A stretch of DNA of 64,000 nt, taken from assembly GCA_021323675.1 (NCBI GenBank), contig JAJPKP010000087.1, positions 10,654 through 74,653 of the forward strand, in the 5' to 3' direction. How positions within the stretch are numbered: position 1 is the stretch's first letter; each line of letters starts with the position of its first letter. Below the pieces are notes generated by a model. It saw only the letters and a program-made list of their open reading frames with translations. It was not told the DNA's origin and searched no databases. Both the position numbers and the translations under genes were made by a program. The stretch comes from Pseudomonadota bacterium. GTDB taxonomy: Bacteria; Desulfobacterota; Binatia; Binatales; Binataceae. Below are positions 57,601-64,000 of this stretch, one piece after another.

Positions 57601-57773
57601 TTTATCGGGGCCTGCACTTGAACATTCGCAATCGGAGTCGCCGTGGGCGTCGGGGTGGGGGTGGGAGTGTTCTTATGCCCTCCGGAGGAGCTTGAACTAC
57701 CGCCGCAGGCGCTGAGAAGCAACAACAGGCCAGTAAGGAACAGCGAGGACCAAGCAGCAAGCCTACGAGCCAT
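54687..57773 (-). CDS. Giant cysteine-rich lipoprotein with a split thaumatin-like (PR-5/osmotin family) domain
   Basis: 1028 aa; RBS AGGAGA. Lipoprotein signal is LLLLLSAC, followed by linker TPTPTPTPTATP. Thaumatin blocks are FKYTNTTSNTVW (aa 159-170), ARTGCQSDGTMCQTGDCG..PPDTLAEFTL..DFYDVSVINGANVAVQM (aa 447-510), SCYNTAAANSFCCGCP, and LKDACPTAYSFPFDDATSTFTC..NYDITF (aa 977-1016). Two long Cys-rich insertions lie between the blocks. Confidence 0.85.
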   Translation of the reverse strand: MARRLAAWSSLFLTGLLLLLSACGGSSSSSGGHKNTPTPTPTPTATPIANVQVQAPINGVVAILGAPGVAPGGGTVSGSSSSSAGFRQANAVAAGSSGCSASGSASVHPDGSFSLAVCAGVGDHVNLSHTTGGSTTSLGFVVVPSTTSLPTCPTGFRTFKYTNTTSNTVWLGLVTGGGPPPVACAVSNDNSCGPNQTCVATSACTSFTQCADANQCDTNTGVCMEAPSTVCAGGAQSTTVTLSQNECVGRLGAACTSNSQCDTNFTCDTTTGLCTTTVSSLQNNTSCSTAANCGSSTSCTWTNQVSECTGGSCFFAPVHPGETQACQSDSDCTISGQTCDTNMGLCQYSSSTIPQNDLELSESSTTVLCLPGGVAPGSFWAGPGKITNTSTLCTEDSQCASGRCVISGTSGPFAPHVPPTATDCSQAQEGQTCTCFPIIGWSGNSFARTGCQSDGTMCQTGDCGNSAYQGCPVGGGGLPPDTLAEFTLSANAVDFYDVSVINGANVAVQMGPDPSSTASPSPGTTAYQCETAGSTSAQPASGGGLSACSWNFNLASVPTFGDETSLLTQVSLPSCNPNSAGCPAGSACQPTGVDPTTKATTYTCIPNQPACTTSSDCPGSLPCVNGFCAPTTQCTSSSQCPNTAPSCVQGLCLPDTCTTDSDCSSAATGLESATCQNGTCTPLTCDATVTCPAGFSCNIPNGQQFGTCVSSQASCSATQPCPNSHQVCDIPSGMATGTCVAQLQCPVDGSCPLNSLCGAGGYCVPGPLACPNSGTCPNGQSCSAGSYCTSPCTADSDCSSVSGTCNTTTGQCQPLGCDGNVSCPSGMACSGSGTCVDSCSSATDCSSSAFGATCGTGLVGGNLLQTCGSATGGLWTYDDFCGQAGQKYGPVDCTATAQSPPSGTPDTIANMFGCNGNAVGSATSCYNTAAANSFCCGCPTATGVASDWPTILGSSFTNCTDSSTAWQNDVLPWLHYLKDACPTAYSFPFDDATSTFTCASAGTSSSVSNTMNYDITFGSFQINSNPAN

Positions 57774-57890
57774 AGTCTCCTACACCTTGCGCCCGCGAAG
57801 TGTTTCGGAAGTTGCACGCGGCGGCAAAATCATCACGATCGCGGGTGCGTGAGACCTGGCCGACGGCTCGGAGTTCATATCACACCTTGG

Positions 57891-57923
57891 CGCACAATAC
57901 AGCCGAGATTGTGCGATTATCAA
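57891..57923 (-). promoter_or_regulatory. Candidate promoter with overlapping inverted repeat upstream of the 1028-aa thaumatin-like gene
   Basis: The minus strand reads TTGATA (57923-57918), an 18-nt spacer, then TATTGT (57899-57894). A perfect inverted repeat CGCACAAT-N9-ATTGTGCG (57891-57915) overlaps the spacer and the -10. The region is conspicuously AT-rich (aaaaattaattgataat). Confidence 0.3.
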
Positions 57924-58029
57924 TTAATTTTTGTTGTTTCGGTGTCTGAACAAAGCTCAGCACTTGTTTCCATCTGCCGTTTCCTATCATTGCCACATAC
58001 CGAATGCCTTCACCGCCATCCTTCGACGT

Positions 58030-60192
58030 CTACTCTGAAGCCGGCACGGGCAGGCTCGTGAAATCAATCTGGTACCCGAGCATATTGACCGCTCCCTGCG
58101 CCTGGCACTGGAAGGTGCTGGTGAAGTCGTCGTAGGCGTAGGTGTAGGCGCTCGGGCAGGCTTCTTTCAGATTCGCCAGCCATGGCTGAACGTCGGCAGC
58201 CCAGGTGGTGTTGTTGCTGGCGCACGATCCGGTAGCTGCGGGCCACAGCGTGGAAAGCGGATTGGCGGCATCCGTCGCGCATCCGCAACATCCCGTCGTC
58301 GGGTCGGCGTTGGCGTTGTAGCATGACTGCTCGTTGGCAGGATTTCCGGCCTGGGCGGCGCTGGATGCGCCGTTGCAGCCGAGCAGACTCGCGAGGTTGG
58401 TCTTCGTGCTGTCGCCGTCGATGATGCCGGCGCCGCAATTCAAGGCGGGGCTGCCGGGTGACCCTATAAGGTTGTTGGCGTTGGCGCAGAAGTCGTCCGC
58501 TGTCCACCATCCCTCGAAACTTCCGCACTGGCGCAGATAGACCTGCGGCGATAGCGTCGCGCTGCCGAGGCCCGGAACAAGTTGGCTTCCGCAGAACTGC
58601 CCGGCTGGGCAATCGCTCTGCGCGCTGCACTGGCAGTAGGAGTTGCCATCGCCGGCCTGCAGGCAGTGCAATCCGCTCGGACATTGAGTGTCGGAAGAGC
58701 AGGTCTTGTAGCAGACCCCATTCAGAGCCTTGGCATTGCCCGAGCACGAATAGGCGACCCCGGCAGGATCGGCAAATAGCGGACATCCGGTCGGCGCCTG
58801 TCCCGCGGGCGGGTTCCCGGTGCCGACGGCGCACGGCTTGGCAATCAGCATCAACAGAGTGGTGTAGTCGGTGGTTTGCGTAGCCGAAGGAATGGGAACG
58901 CTTTTGGTGTATTGGCCGAAGTCGAAATTGCAATCGCCGCCCGGCGTCGCACACCAGTAAGCAGGATCGACGCCGTTCGGGGTTTGAGTCGCGGTCGGAA
59001 TTGGACCCATCTGCTCTCCGATATTGGCGCCATTGATCACGGTGATGTCGTAAAAGTCCGTGGCACTTCTTTGCAGGGTAAATTCCGCGATAGTCGCGGG
59101 CTGAGCGCCGCCCACGCCAACCGGACAATCCGCGTTCGGAACCGGTTTTCCACCGTTTGACGAGACGGAAGTGTTGCAATCGCCGGTGAGGCAACTGGTG
59201 CCGTCGGCCTGGCAACCGGTTCGAGCGCCCAGGCCTCCGCTCCACCACACCGCGGAAGGAATCGCCGTCGAAGACGGCGCCGCGCCGGGCGACGGAGCCG
59301 GCTGATATGTCACGTTCGCTTCGGTGAGACAGAAATTGACGGCGGCGGCGTTGGTCGGCAGTTCCCAATTCCACGGATCGTCGGGAGTGAAATCGAGAAA
59401 CTCAGTCGGCGATGGAAGCGTGAAATAGCAAAGATTGGTGGCGAGATTGCACCCCGCGCCCGGTCCGCAATCCGAATCCTGCTGGCATTGGCAGTTGAGG
59501 CCCGCCGACTTGGGCCCGATTGGATTGGAAATGCCGGGGCACGCCAGCGATCCGATGCTGGTGCCGCATTGGCATGATCCCGTCGCGGCATTGATCGTGC
59601 TCGCGGCGGCCAGGCAGCTTGAGGCGCCGTTGTTGACCACGCACACCGAGCGCAAGGCGCCGCCCCCGCCCGAAACCCACAATGCCTGCGAAGTGCTGTT
59701 GGAGACCAGCAGCTGGCGCTCGTTCGCGGCGCACGGATTGCCCGTAAAGGTGCTGGGCGCAGCCGTCGAAGAGACTGTCACATCTCCCAGCACCGAAGAT
59801 TGGCCGCTCGAATCCTCGAAATCGACCTCGACCTGGTTGCCGATCGAGCCGCAGACCGACACCGAGAAACTGCCGTCAGCGTTGGTAGCGACACTTGCCA
59901 TGCGGGTGCAAGAAGATGCTTCCGCAGCCTTTAGCTCGGTCGCCGAAGAAGACCCCGAGGCCGATTCATCAGCCGCAGTGATTATTCCCTCGCCAGGTGC
60001 GACGCCTGCGCTGCCGATAACAGTGACGAATCCGAGGGCGTTGGGACTGGTCACCGTGATTGAGGCAGTGGGCGTGGCGGTTGGAGTCGCGGTAGGTGAC
60101 TTTCCGGTTCCGGAGGAATTTGACCCGCCACACGCGCTTAAGAACGTCAGCAGGCTTGCTGAAATTGCCAGCAGCCCCAAGCGACGCATCAT
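58030..60192 (-). CDS. Cysteine-rich lipoprotein with a split thaumatin-like (PR-5/osmotin family) domain, paralog of 54687-57773
   Basis: 720 aa. Lipoprotein signal is LLTFLSAC, followed by linker TATPTATPTA. Thaumatin blocks are LLVSNSTSQALW, ARTGCQADGTSCLTGDC..ATIAEFTL..DFYDITVINGANIGEQM (aa 323-395), SCYNANADPTTGCCGC, and LKEACPSAYTYAYDDFTSTFQC (aa 675-696). Confidence 0.85.
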   Translation of the reverse strand: MMRRLGLLAISASLLTFLSACGGSNSSGTGKSPTATPTATPTASITVTSPNALGFVTVIGSAGVAPGEGIITAADESASGSSSATELKAAEASSCTRMASVATNADGSFSVSVCGSIGNQVEVDFEDSSGQSSVLGDVTVSSTAAPSTFTGNPCAANERQLLVSNSTSQALWVSGGGGALRSVCVVNNGASSCLAAASTINAATGSCQCGTSIGSLACPGISNPIGPKSAGLNCQCQQDSDCGPGAGCNLATNLCYFTLPSPTEFLDFTPDDPWNWELPTNAAAVNFCLTEANVTYQPAPSPGAAPSSTAIPSAVWWSGGLGARTGCQADGTSCLTGDCNTSVSSNGGKPVPNADCPVGVGGAQPATIAEFTLQRSATDFYDITVINGANIGEQMGPIPTATQTPNGVDPAYWCATPGGDCNFDFGQYTKSVPIPSATQTTDYTTLLMLIAKPCAVGTGNPPAGQAPTGCPLFADPAGVAYSCSGNAKALNGVCYKTCSSDTQCPSGLHCLQAGDGNSYCQCSAQSDCPAGQFCGSQLVPGLGSATLSPQVYLRQCGSFEGWWTADDFCANANNLIGSPGSPALNCGAGIIDGDSTKTNLASLLGCNGASSAAQAGNPANEQSCYNANADPTTGCCGCATDAANPLSTLWPAATGSCASNNTTWAADVQPWLANLKEACPSAYTYAYDDFTSTFQCQAQGAVNMLGYQIDFTSLPVPASE

Positions 60193-60366
60193 TGATACTC
60201 CCTTCGTGCTGCGCCGCTATGAGATCGCGACTGGCACTGTTCCGTTTCTGGACGCGCCCAGATGCATTCATCGCAACTTATCCGCCCAACTTGTATCAGA
60301 TGTCGAACGACAACAACGAATACCCATCCGGTCGCGAACTATTACCGGCGGTTATGGATGGCCGCG

Positions 60367-61329
60367 TCAGGCCGATCGCGGGCGAAGCCTGCGAACATTG
60401 CGACCCGGCTCCGCCTCATCCCCGAGAGCATCGAGATTGGCGGACGCGCTGCCGCGAATGCGTCTCAGCAGCGAACGGAGGGGACCGGAGATGTGCCGAT
60501 TTTTGTTGCGTACGGTCTGGATGGTCCAGGTGACGGGCGGGTCGAAGGGAACGGTCGCCACTCGCGCAGCATCGATCTGGCTTGCCACTTCGCCGTCGAT
60601 AAAGCCGACTCCCGCTCCAGTGGCAACCATCGCCGCCACCGCCTTCTGAGTCGCGGCCTCGCATGACACCTTTGGTCGGCGCGCGGCTTCGAAAAATCGA
60701 AGCTCGACGATCGATCGGATCGTATGCGGCGGGCTGATCAGGACGATGCGCTCATCGGCGAGGTCCTCGATGCGCAGGCTGCGCCGCGTGGCGAGCCGAT
60801 GCATTGCAGGAAGCGCCACCAGCATCCGGCGCTCCCCGATGGGCGCCGTATCGAAATGAGGCTGGCTGCTTAGGGGACCGAAGAGAAAGCCCAGGTCGGC
60901 GAGTTCCAACCCGATCGATCGCAGCACCCCCTCCTGCGTTTCCACCACGATCTGCATCCGGATTTCGGGATTGTCGCGCGCAAACTCGCCCAGCAGGCGC
61001 CCGATCGAGCCTTCGACCAGCGCGGGCAGGGACACGATGCGGAGATCGCCGCGCTTGCCGCTTTGAATCGAGCGCACCGCGGCCGCGATGCGCTCCATCC
61101 CGGCGTAGGAGCGCTGGACTTCCTCGTACAGCATCCTTCCGTCATCCGTAAGCGTCATCCCGTGGCGGCCGCGCCGAAAGAGCATCAGTCCGCAGTTGCG
61201 TTCGAATTGAGCGATAGCGCGGGTCACCGCGGGCTGCGTGATCTTCAGCTTGTGGGCGGCGTAGGTCGCGGATCCAGCCTCCACGACCGCGCGGAAGATC
61301 TCAACCGATCGAGCGTCGATCGCTTCCAT
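60367..61329 (-). CDS. LysR-family transcriptional regulator
   Basis: The N-terminal HTH is GSATYAAHKLKITQPAVTRAIAQFE. 320 aa with a typical LysR substrate-binding C-terminus. It is divergent from the LLM gene at 61497. Confidence 0.85.
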   Translation of the reverse strand: MEAIDARSVEIFRAVVEAGSATYAAHKLKITQPAVTRAIAQFERNCGLMLFRRGRHGMTLTDDGRMLYEEVQRSYAGMERIAAAVRSIQSGKRGDLRIVSLPALVEGSIGRLLGEFARDNPEIRMQIVVETQEGVLRSIGLELADLGFLFGPLSSQPHFDTAPIGERRMLVALPAMHRLATRRSLRIEDLADERIVLISPPHTIRSIVELRFFEAARRPKVSCEAATQKAVAAMVATGAGVGFIDGEVASQIDAARVATVPFDPPVTWTIQTVRNKNRHISGPLRSLLRRIRGSASANLDALGDEAEPGRNVRRLRPRSA

Positions 61330-61496
61330 GCATTCTCACGGCGCGCGCGGTGGGCGAGCGCGGCAACGGATGAGGCAGCATAGCTTGAGGAGGCGACAAG
61401 AGCGACCCGCAATCTTCGCGGTTTGACTTCCTTAATTCTCCGGAGCTAGTGACGGTCAGACGGCATCTTCTCCTCGGAAAAAAGGAGGCGGCCCCT

Positions 61497-62768
61497 ATGC
61501 CCAAGATTATCCTTCAGCTTTATCCCGTCATTCCCGCTGCCAGCGAAGAGGAACGCGAGAAGCTGCGGCCCATCGGACGCAACCGCGATCGCTACCAGGA
61601 AACCATCCAGGGATGGAGCGATATTATCCGCGCGGCGGACGAAATGGGCGTGTGGGGCGTCGCAACCATCGAGCATCATTTCTGGTCGGAAGGGTATGAA
61701 GTCGGCCCCAGCCCGGGCGTGCTGAACGCGTACTGGGCCGCGATCACAAAAAACGTGCGCGTCGGGCAGCTCGGCTACGTGATGAGCACGCAGAATCCGA
61801 TTCGTGTCGCGGAAGAGACCGCCGTGCTCGATCATCTGACGCAGGGACGATGCTTCGTCGGCTTCGCGCGCGGGTATCAATCGCGATGGACCAACGTGAT
61901 CGGCCAGCATCTGGGAACGCGCGCGACCACATCGCCGTCCGCCGCCAAGGTCGATCCTTCGCGGATGTTCGGCAAGCAGCCGGAGGGCAAGGAATTCAGC
62001 GATGACGAAGTCAACCGGCGTCTGTTCGAGGAAGAAGTGGACATCGTCGTAAAGGCGTGGACCGAGGAAAGCATCGAATTCAAAGGAACCGCCTGGCAGA
62101 TTCCGTTTCCCTACGATCGCGGCGTCGACGACTGGCCGCTTGCAAACATCGGCGTGACAGCGCGGCTCGGCGCGCATGGCGAAGTCGATGAGTCCGGCCA
62201 TGTGCGCCGCGTAAGCGTCGTGCCCGCGCCCTACTCCAAGCCGCATCCTCCGGTGTTCGTCGCCACCAGCGGATCGCCGGAGAGCGCGGAGTACGCCGCC
62301 CGGCGCGGGTTCATCCCGCTTTATTTCACCGCGCTGCAGACAGCGCTCACTCTGGGCAACGCGTACGTGAAGGCATCGGCGGCGGCCGGCCGCCCGGTCC
62401 ACCTCGGCCAGAACCAGGCGCTGGTCAGGATGCCGCGTATCGCTTCGTCGCGCGCGGCCGCGGACCAGATGGTGATGGACTACGATTCCGACATCTTCCG
62501 GAACTTTTACGCCGCGATGGGACGGCACAGGATCGAGCGGCGCGATGTTCCGGGCGCGGTCACGAAATACGGGCTATGGACGATCGGCACGGCCGACGAT
62601 GTGCGAAAGCAGCTTGTCGATGAGTGGAAACAGATGCCGGCGGAATACCTGACGCTGATCTATCATTACGCGCAGATGCCCAAAGACGCGGTGATCGACA
62701 ACCTGCGGCTGTTCATGGAGAAGGTAAAGCCCGCGCTGGATGAACTGACGCAGTATCCGGCGCGCTAG
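61497..62768 (+). CDS. Luciferase-like (LLM class) flavin/F420-dependent oxidoreductase
   Basis: ATG at 61497 (MPKIILQLYPVIP..) is preceded by AAGGAGG. Motifs TIEHHF, NPIRVAEETAVLDHLTQGR and GFARGY are present. It is a paralog of 6474-7634. Confidence 0.8.
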   Translation: MPKIILQLYPVIPAASEEEREKLRPIGRNRDRYQETIQGWSDIIRAADEMGVWGVATIEHHFWSEGYEVGPSPGVLNAYWAAITKNVRVGQLGYVMSTQNPIRVAEETAVLDHLTQGRCFVGFARGYQSRWTNVIGQHLGTRATTSPSAAKVDPSRMFGKQPEGKEFSDDEVNRRLFEEEVDIVVKAWTEESIEFKGTAWQIPFPYDRGVDDWPLANIGVTARLGAHGEVDESGHVRRVSVVPAPYSKPHPPVFVATSGSPESAEYAARRGFIPLYFTALQTALTLGNAYVKASAAAGRPVHLGQNQALVRMPRIASSRAAADQMVMDYDSDIFRNFYAAMGRHRIERRDVPGAVTKYGLWTIGTADDVRKQLVDEWKQMPAEYLTLIYHYAQMPKDAVIDNLRLFMEKVKPALDELTQYPAR

Positions 62769-62773
62769 GCGCG

Positions 62774-63382
62774 TCAATCGCCGAAGGTCACCTTCTGCCC
62801 CCGCACCCAGGCGAGGATGTCGGCGATATCGCGGTCGGACATTACGCTGCCGAAACTCGGCATCGAACGGCGGCCATGAACGATCACGTCGTTCCAGTCG
62901 CGCCATCGAAAAAGAATCGGCTGCTGGACCAGATTGGGACCGAGTTTTCCGCGCGCGTCGCCGTTGTGGCAGGGTGCGCAATTGTTCGCATAGAGCTGGC
63001 TTCCACGGCCGGCATCTCCGGGCGCGTGATGGCCTGGTTCGGGGGCGACGGCCGCTAACGCCGCCGCAGCCGAAATTCGCGCGGGCGTCATCGGCGGTGC
63101 ACCCGGACCATATCTGGCGGCCAGATAGTCGGCGAGCGGGGCTATCTGATCGTCCGAAACCGGCGAGCCCCATCCCTTCATCTTCTTGATGACCGCAAGC
63201 CATGCGTCACGGCTGAGCCGCTGCTGCTGAAGCATCAGGCCGGAATGACATATCTGGCAGTCATTTTGCGCGACCGTTTCGGCATCGCCAGTCTGGTTCG
63301 CGGCGCGCGCGAGCGCGGGCGCGCCACACACGACGATCGCCAATGCGAGCATCGCGAGGCGCCTCACGATCGCACCTCGCAT
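62774..63382 (-). CDS. Dihaem c-type cytochrome (SorB-like partner)
   Basis: I prefer the ATG at 63382 (MRGAIVRRLAMLALAIVVCGAPALARA signal). Two CxxCH motifs are present (CQICH, CAPCH). It overlaps the stop of the upstream Mo-enzyme gene. Confidence 0.75.
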   Translation of the reverse strand: MRGAIVRRLAMLALAIVVCGAPALARAANQTGDAETVAQNDCQICHSGLMLQQQRLSRDAWLAVIKKMKGWGSPVSDDQIAPLADYLAARYGPGAPPMTPARISAAAALAAVAPEPGHHAPGDAGRGSQLYANNCAPCHNGDARGKLGPNLVQQPILFRWRDWNDVIVHGRRSMPSFGSVMSDRDIADILAWVRGQKVTFGD

Positions 63383-64000
63383 CGGACACGGTCGATGCCG
63401 TTCCACAGGTAGCCGCTCTTGTTCCACGGAGTCTGATCGGGCTGCGTGTTCCCGGCGCTGTCGGTGGCGCGGACCGCGATCGTATGCGCGCCCGCCTTGG
63501 GCGAATCCCACGTGTACCGCCATTGCTGCCACGCGCCGGGAGATCTTTGCCGATCGAGATCGGCGGCAACCCACGCCCCGCCATCAAGCGAGACCTCGAC
63601 GCGTTCGACTGCGCCGGTTCCCGTGAAAGCGACTCCCGATACAACGATCCGGCCCGCGGGCATCACAGCGTTGTCCAGTGGGCGCGCAATCAGGGACTTA
63701 ACCCGGTTGGCCGTCACCGGAGGCGGCTTCCCCGCCTGGTCCTGCCCTGAAATCCGATAGCCGGTCTGCATGTAAAAACCTTCGGCTTCGTGATCCTGAA
63801 GCGTGATCCTGCCGATCCACTTAAGCCAGTGATCGCCCGCCCATCCGGGAACGATGAGGCGGCAAGGTCCGCCGTGCAGAACCGGCAGAGGCGCTCCGTT
63901 CATCTCGAATGCGAGCAGCGTCGTGGGGTCGAGTGCGCGCTCGATCGGGATGCTCCTGACGAACCTGGGCGTCGTCGGCATCGGGGGCAAATCGAATCCC
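63364..64000 (-). CDS. Sulfite-oxidase-family molybdoenzyme (SorA-like), 5-prime end outside window
   Basis: LLAFEMNGAPLPVLHGGPCRLIVPGWAGDHWLKWIGRITL is the end of the Mo-binding domain. An Ig-like Mo-co dimerisation domain follows. The frame stays open to the window edge. Confidence 0.75.
   Translation of the reverse strand, partial: GFDLPPMPTTPRFVRSIPIERALDPTTLLAFEMNGAPLPVLHGGPCRLIVPGWAGDHWLKWIGRITLQDHEAEGFYMQTGYRISGQDQAGKPPPVTANRVKSLIARPLDNAVMPAGRIVVSGVAFTGTGAVERVEVSLDGGAWVAADLDRQRSPGAWQQWRYTWDSPKAGAHTIAVRATDSAGNTQPDQTPWNKSGYLWNGIDRVRCEVRS

Noticed and set aside
54849-59374. 324-aa plus-strand ORF (54849-55823) and 436-aa minus-strand off-frame ORF (58064-59374) inside the thaumatin-like genes.
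   Set aside because: These are Arg/Ala/Gly-rich translations without structure. The chosen frames carry signal peptides, RBSs and the conserved thaumatin blocks.
54687-60192. The possibility that the thaumatin-like genes are eukaryotic contamination or a chimeric assembly.
   Set aside because: Both ORFs have bacterial lipoprotein signal peptides, Shine-Dalgarno sites and the same GC-rich codon style as their neighbours. An intrinsic terminator follows them, and they are embedded between bacterial genes on both sides with no introns.
61446-62528. 360-aa minus-strand ORF opposite the second LLM gene.
   Set aside because: This is an antisense shadow. The plus frame has an AAGGAGG RBS and LLM motifs.
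1-64000. A search by eye for CRISPR arrays, rRNA genes, IS elements, toxin-antitoxin pairs or known defence-system genes.
   Set aside because: I saw no regularly spaced direct repeats, no rRNA-like sequence, no transposase or integrase-like ORFs, and no small adjacent gene pairs with toxin-antitoxin features. Absence is based on manual reading only.

Overview
This is a GC-rich bacterial chromosomal segment; I did not compute the exact GC value. Lipoboxes and an MlaC-like gene suggest a Gram-negative-type envelope, but the taxon cannot be determined from the sequence alone. I can support about 55 protein-coding genes, one disrupted gene and one tRNA-Arg(ACG). I saw no rRNA, CRISPR array, transposase or integrase.

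Housekeeping blocks:
- zwf-tal-pgi
- pstC-pstA-pstB-phoU-phoB-phoR followed by a CHAD-domain gene
- serS, yraN and gatCAB
- def and sthA

Metabolic and accessory genes:
- two SDRs, a serine hydrolase and an HSL-type esterase
- two paralogous luciferase-like (LLM) oxidoreductases and an acyl-CoA dehydrogenase
- a crotonase, a nitronate-monooxygenase-like protein and a PPOX-like protein
- a cobalt-type nitrile hydratase operon in the order beta, alpha, accessory
- a gldA/gldF/gldG-like ABC-2 cluster with a DUF4340 gene
- a cupin plus DUF2249-hemerythrin pair beside a fused cytochrome-b/molybdopterin oxidoreductase
- a SorA-like Mo enzyme with a dihaem cytochrome c at the right edge

The most unusual content is a tandem pair of very large, cysteine-rich lipoproteins (54687-57773 and 58030-60192, minus strand). 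Both carry, in order, the hallmark sequence blocks of the eukaryotic thaumatin/osmotin (PR-5) fold. The fold is interrupted by long arrays of Cys-rich modules.

A second accessory patch (24179-32554) is a small glycan-type cluster: an O-antigen-ligase-like gene, a methyltransferase and a GT2. It is bracketed by two paralogous secreted parallel-beta-helix proteins and ends at the tRNA-Arg.

A tandem-VWA lipoprotein gene (2243-3748) is broken by at least four frame changes.

Many long ORFs in the supplied track are antisense or off-frame shadows typical of GC-rich DNA. Several listed ORFs carry spurious N-terminal extensions, and I give the starts I prefer.
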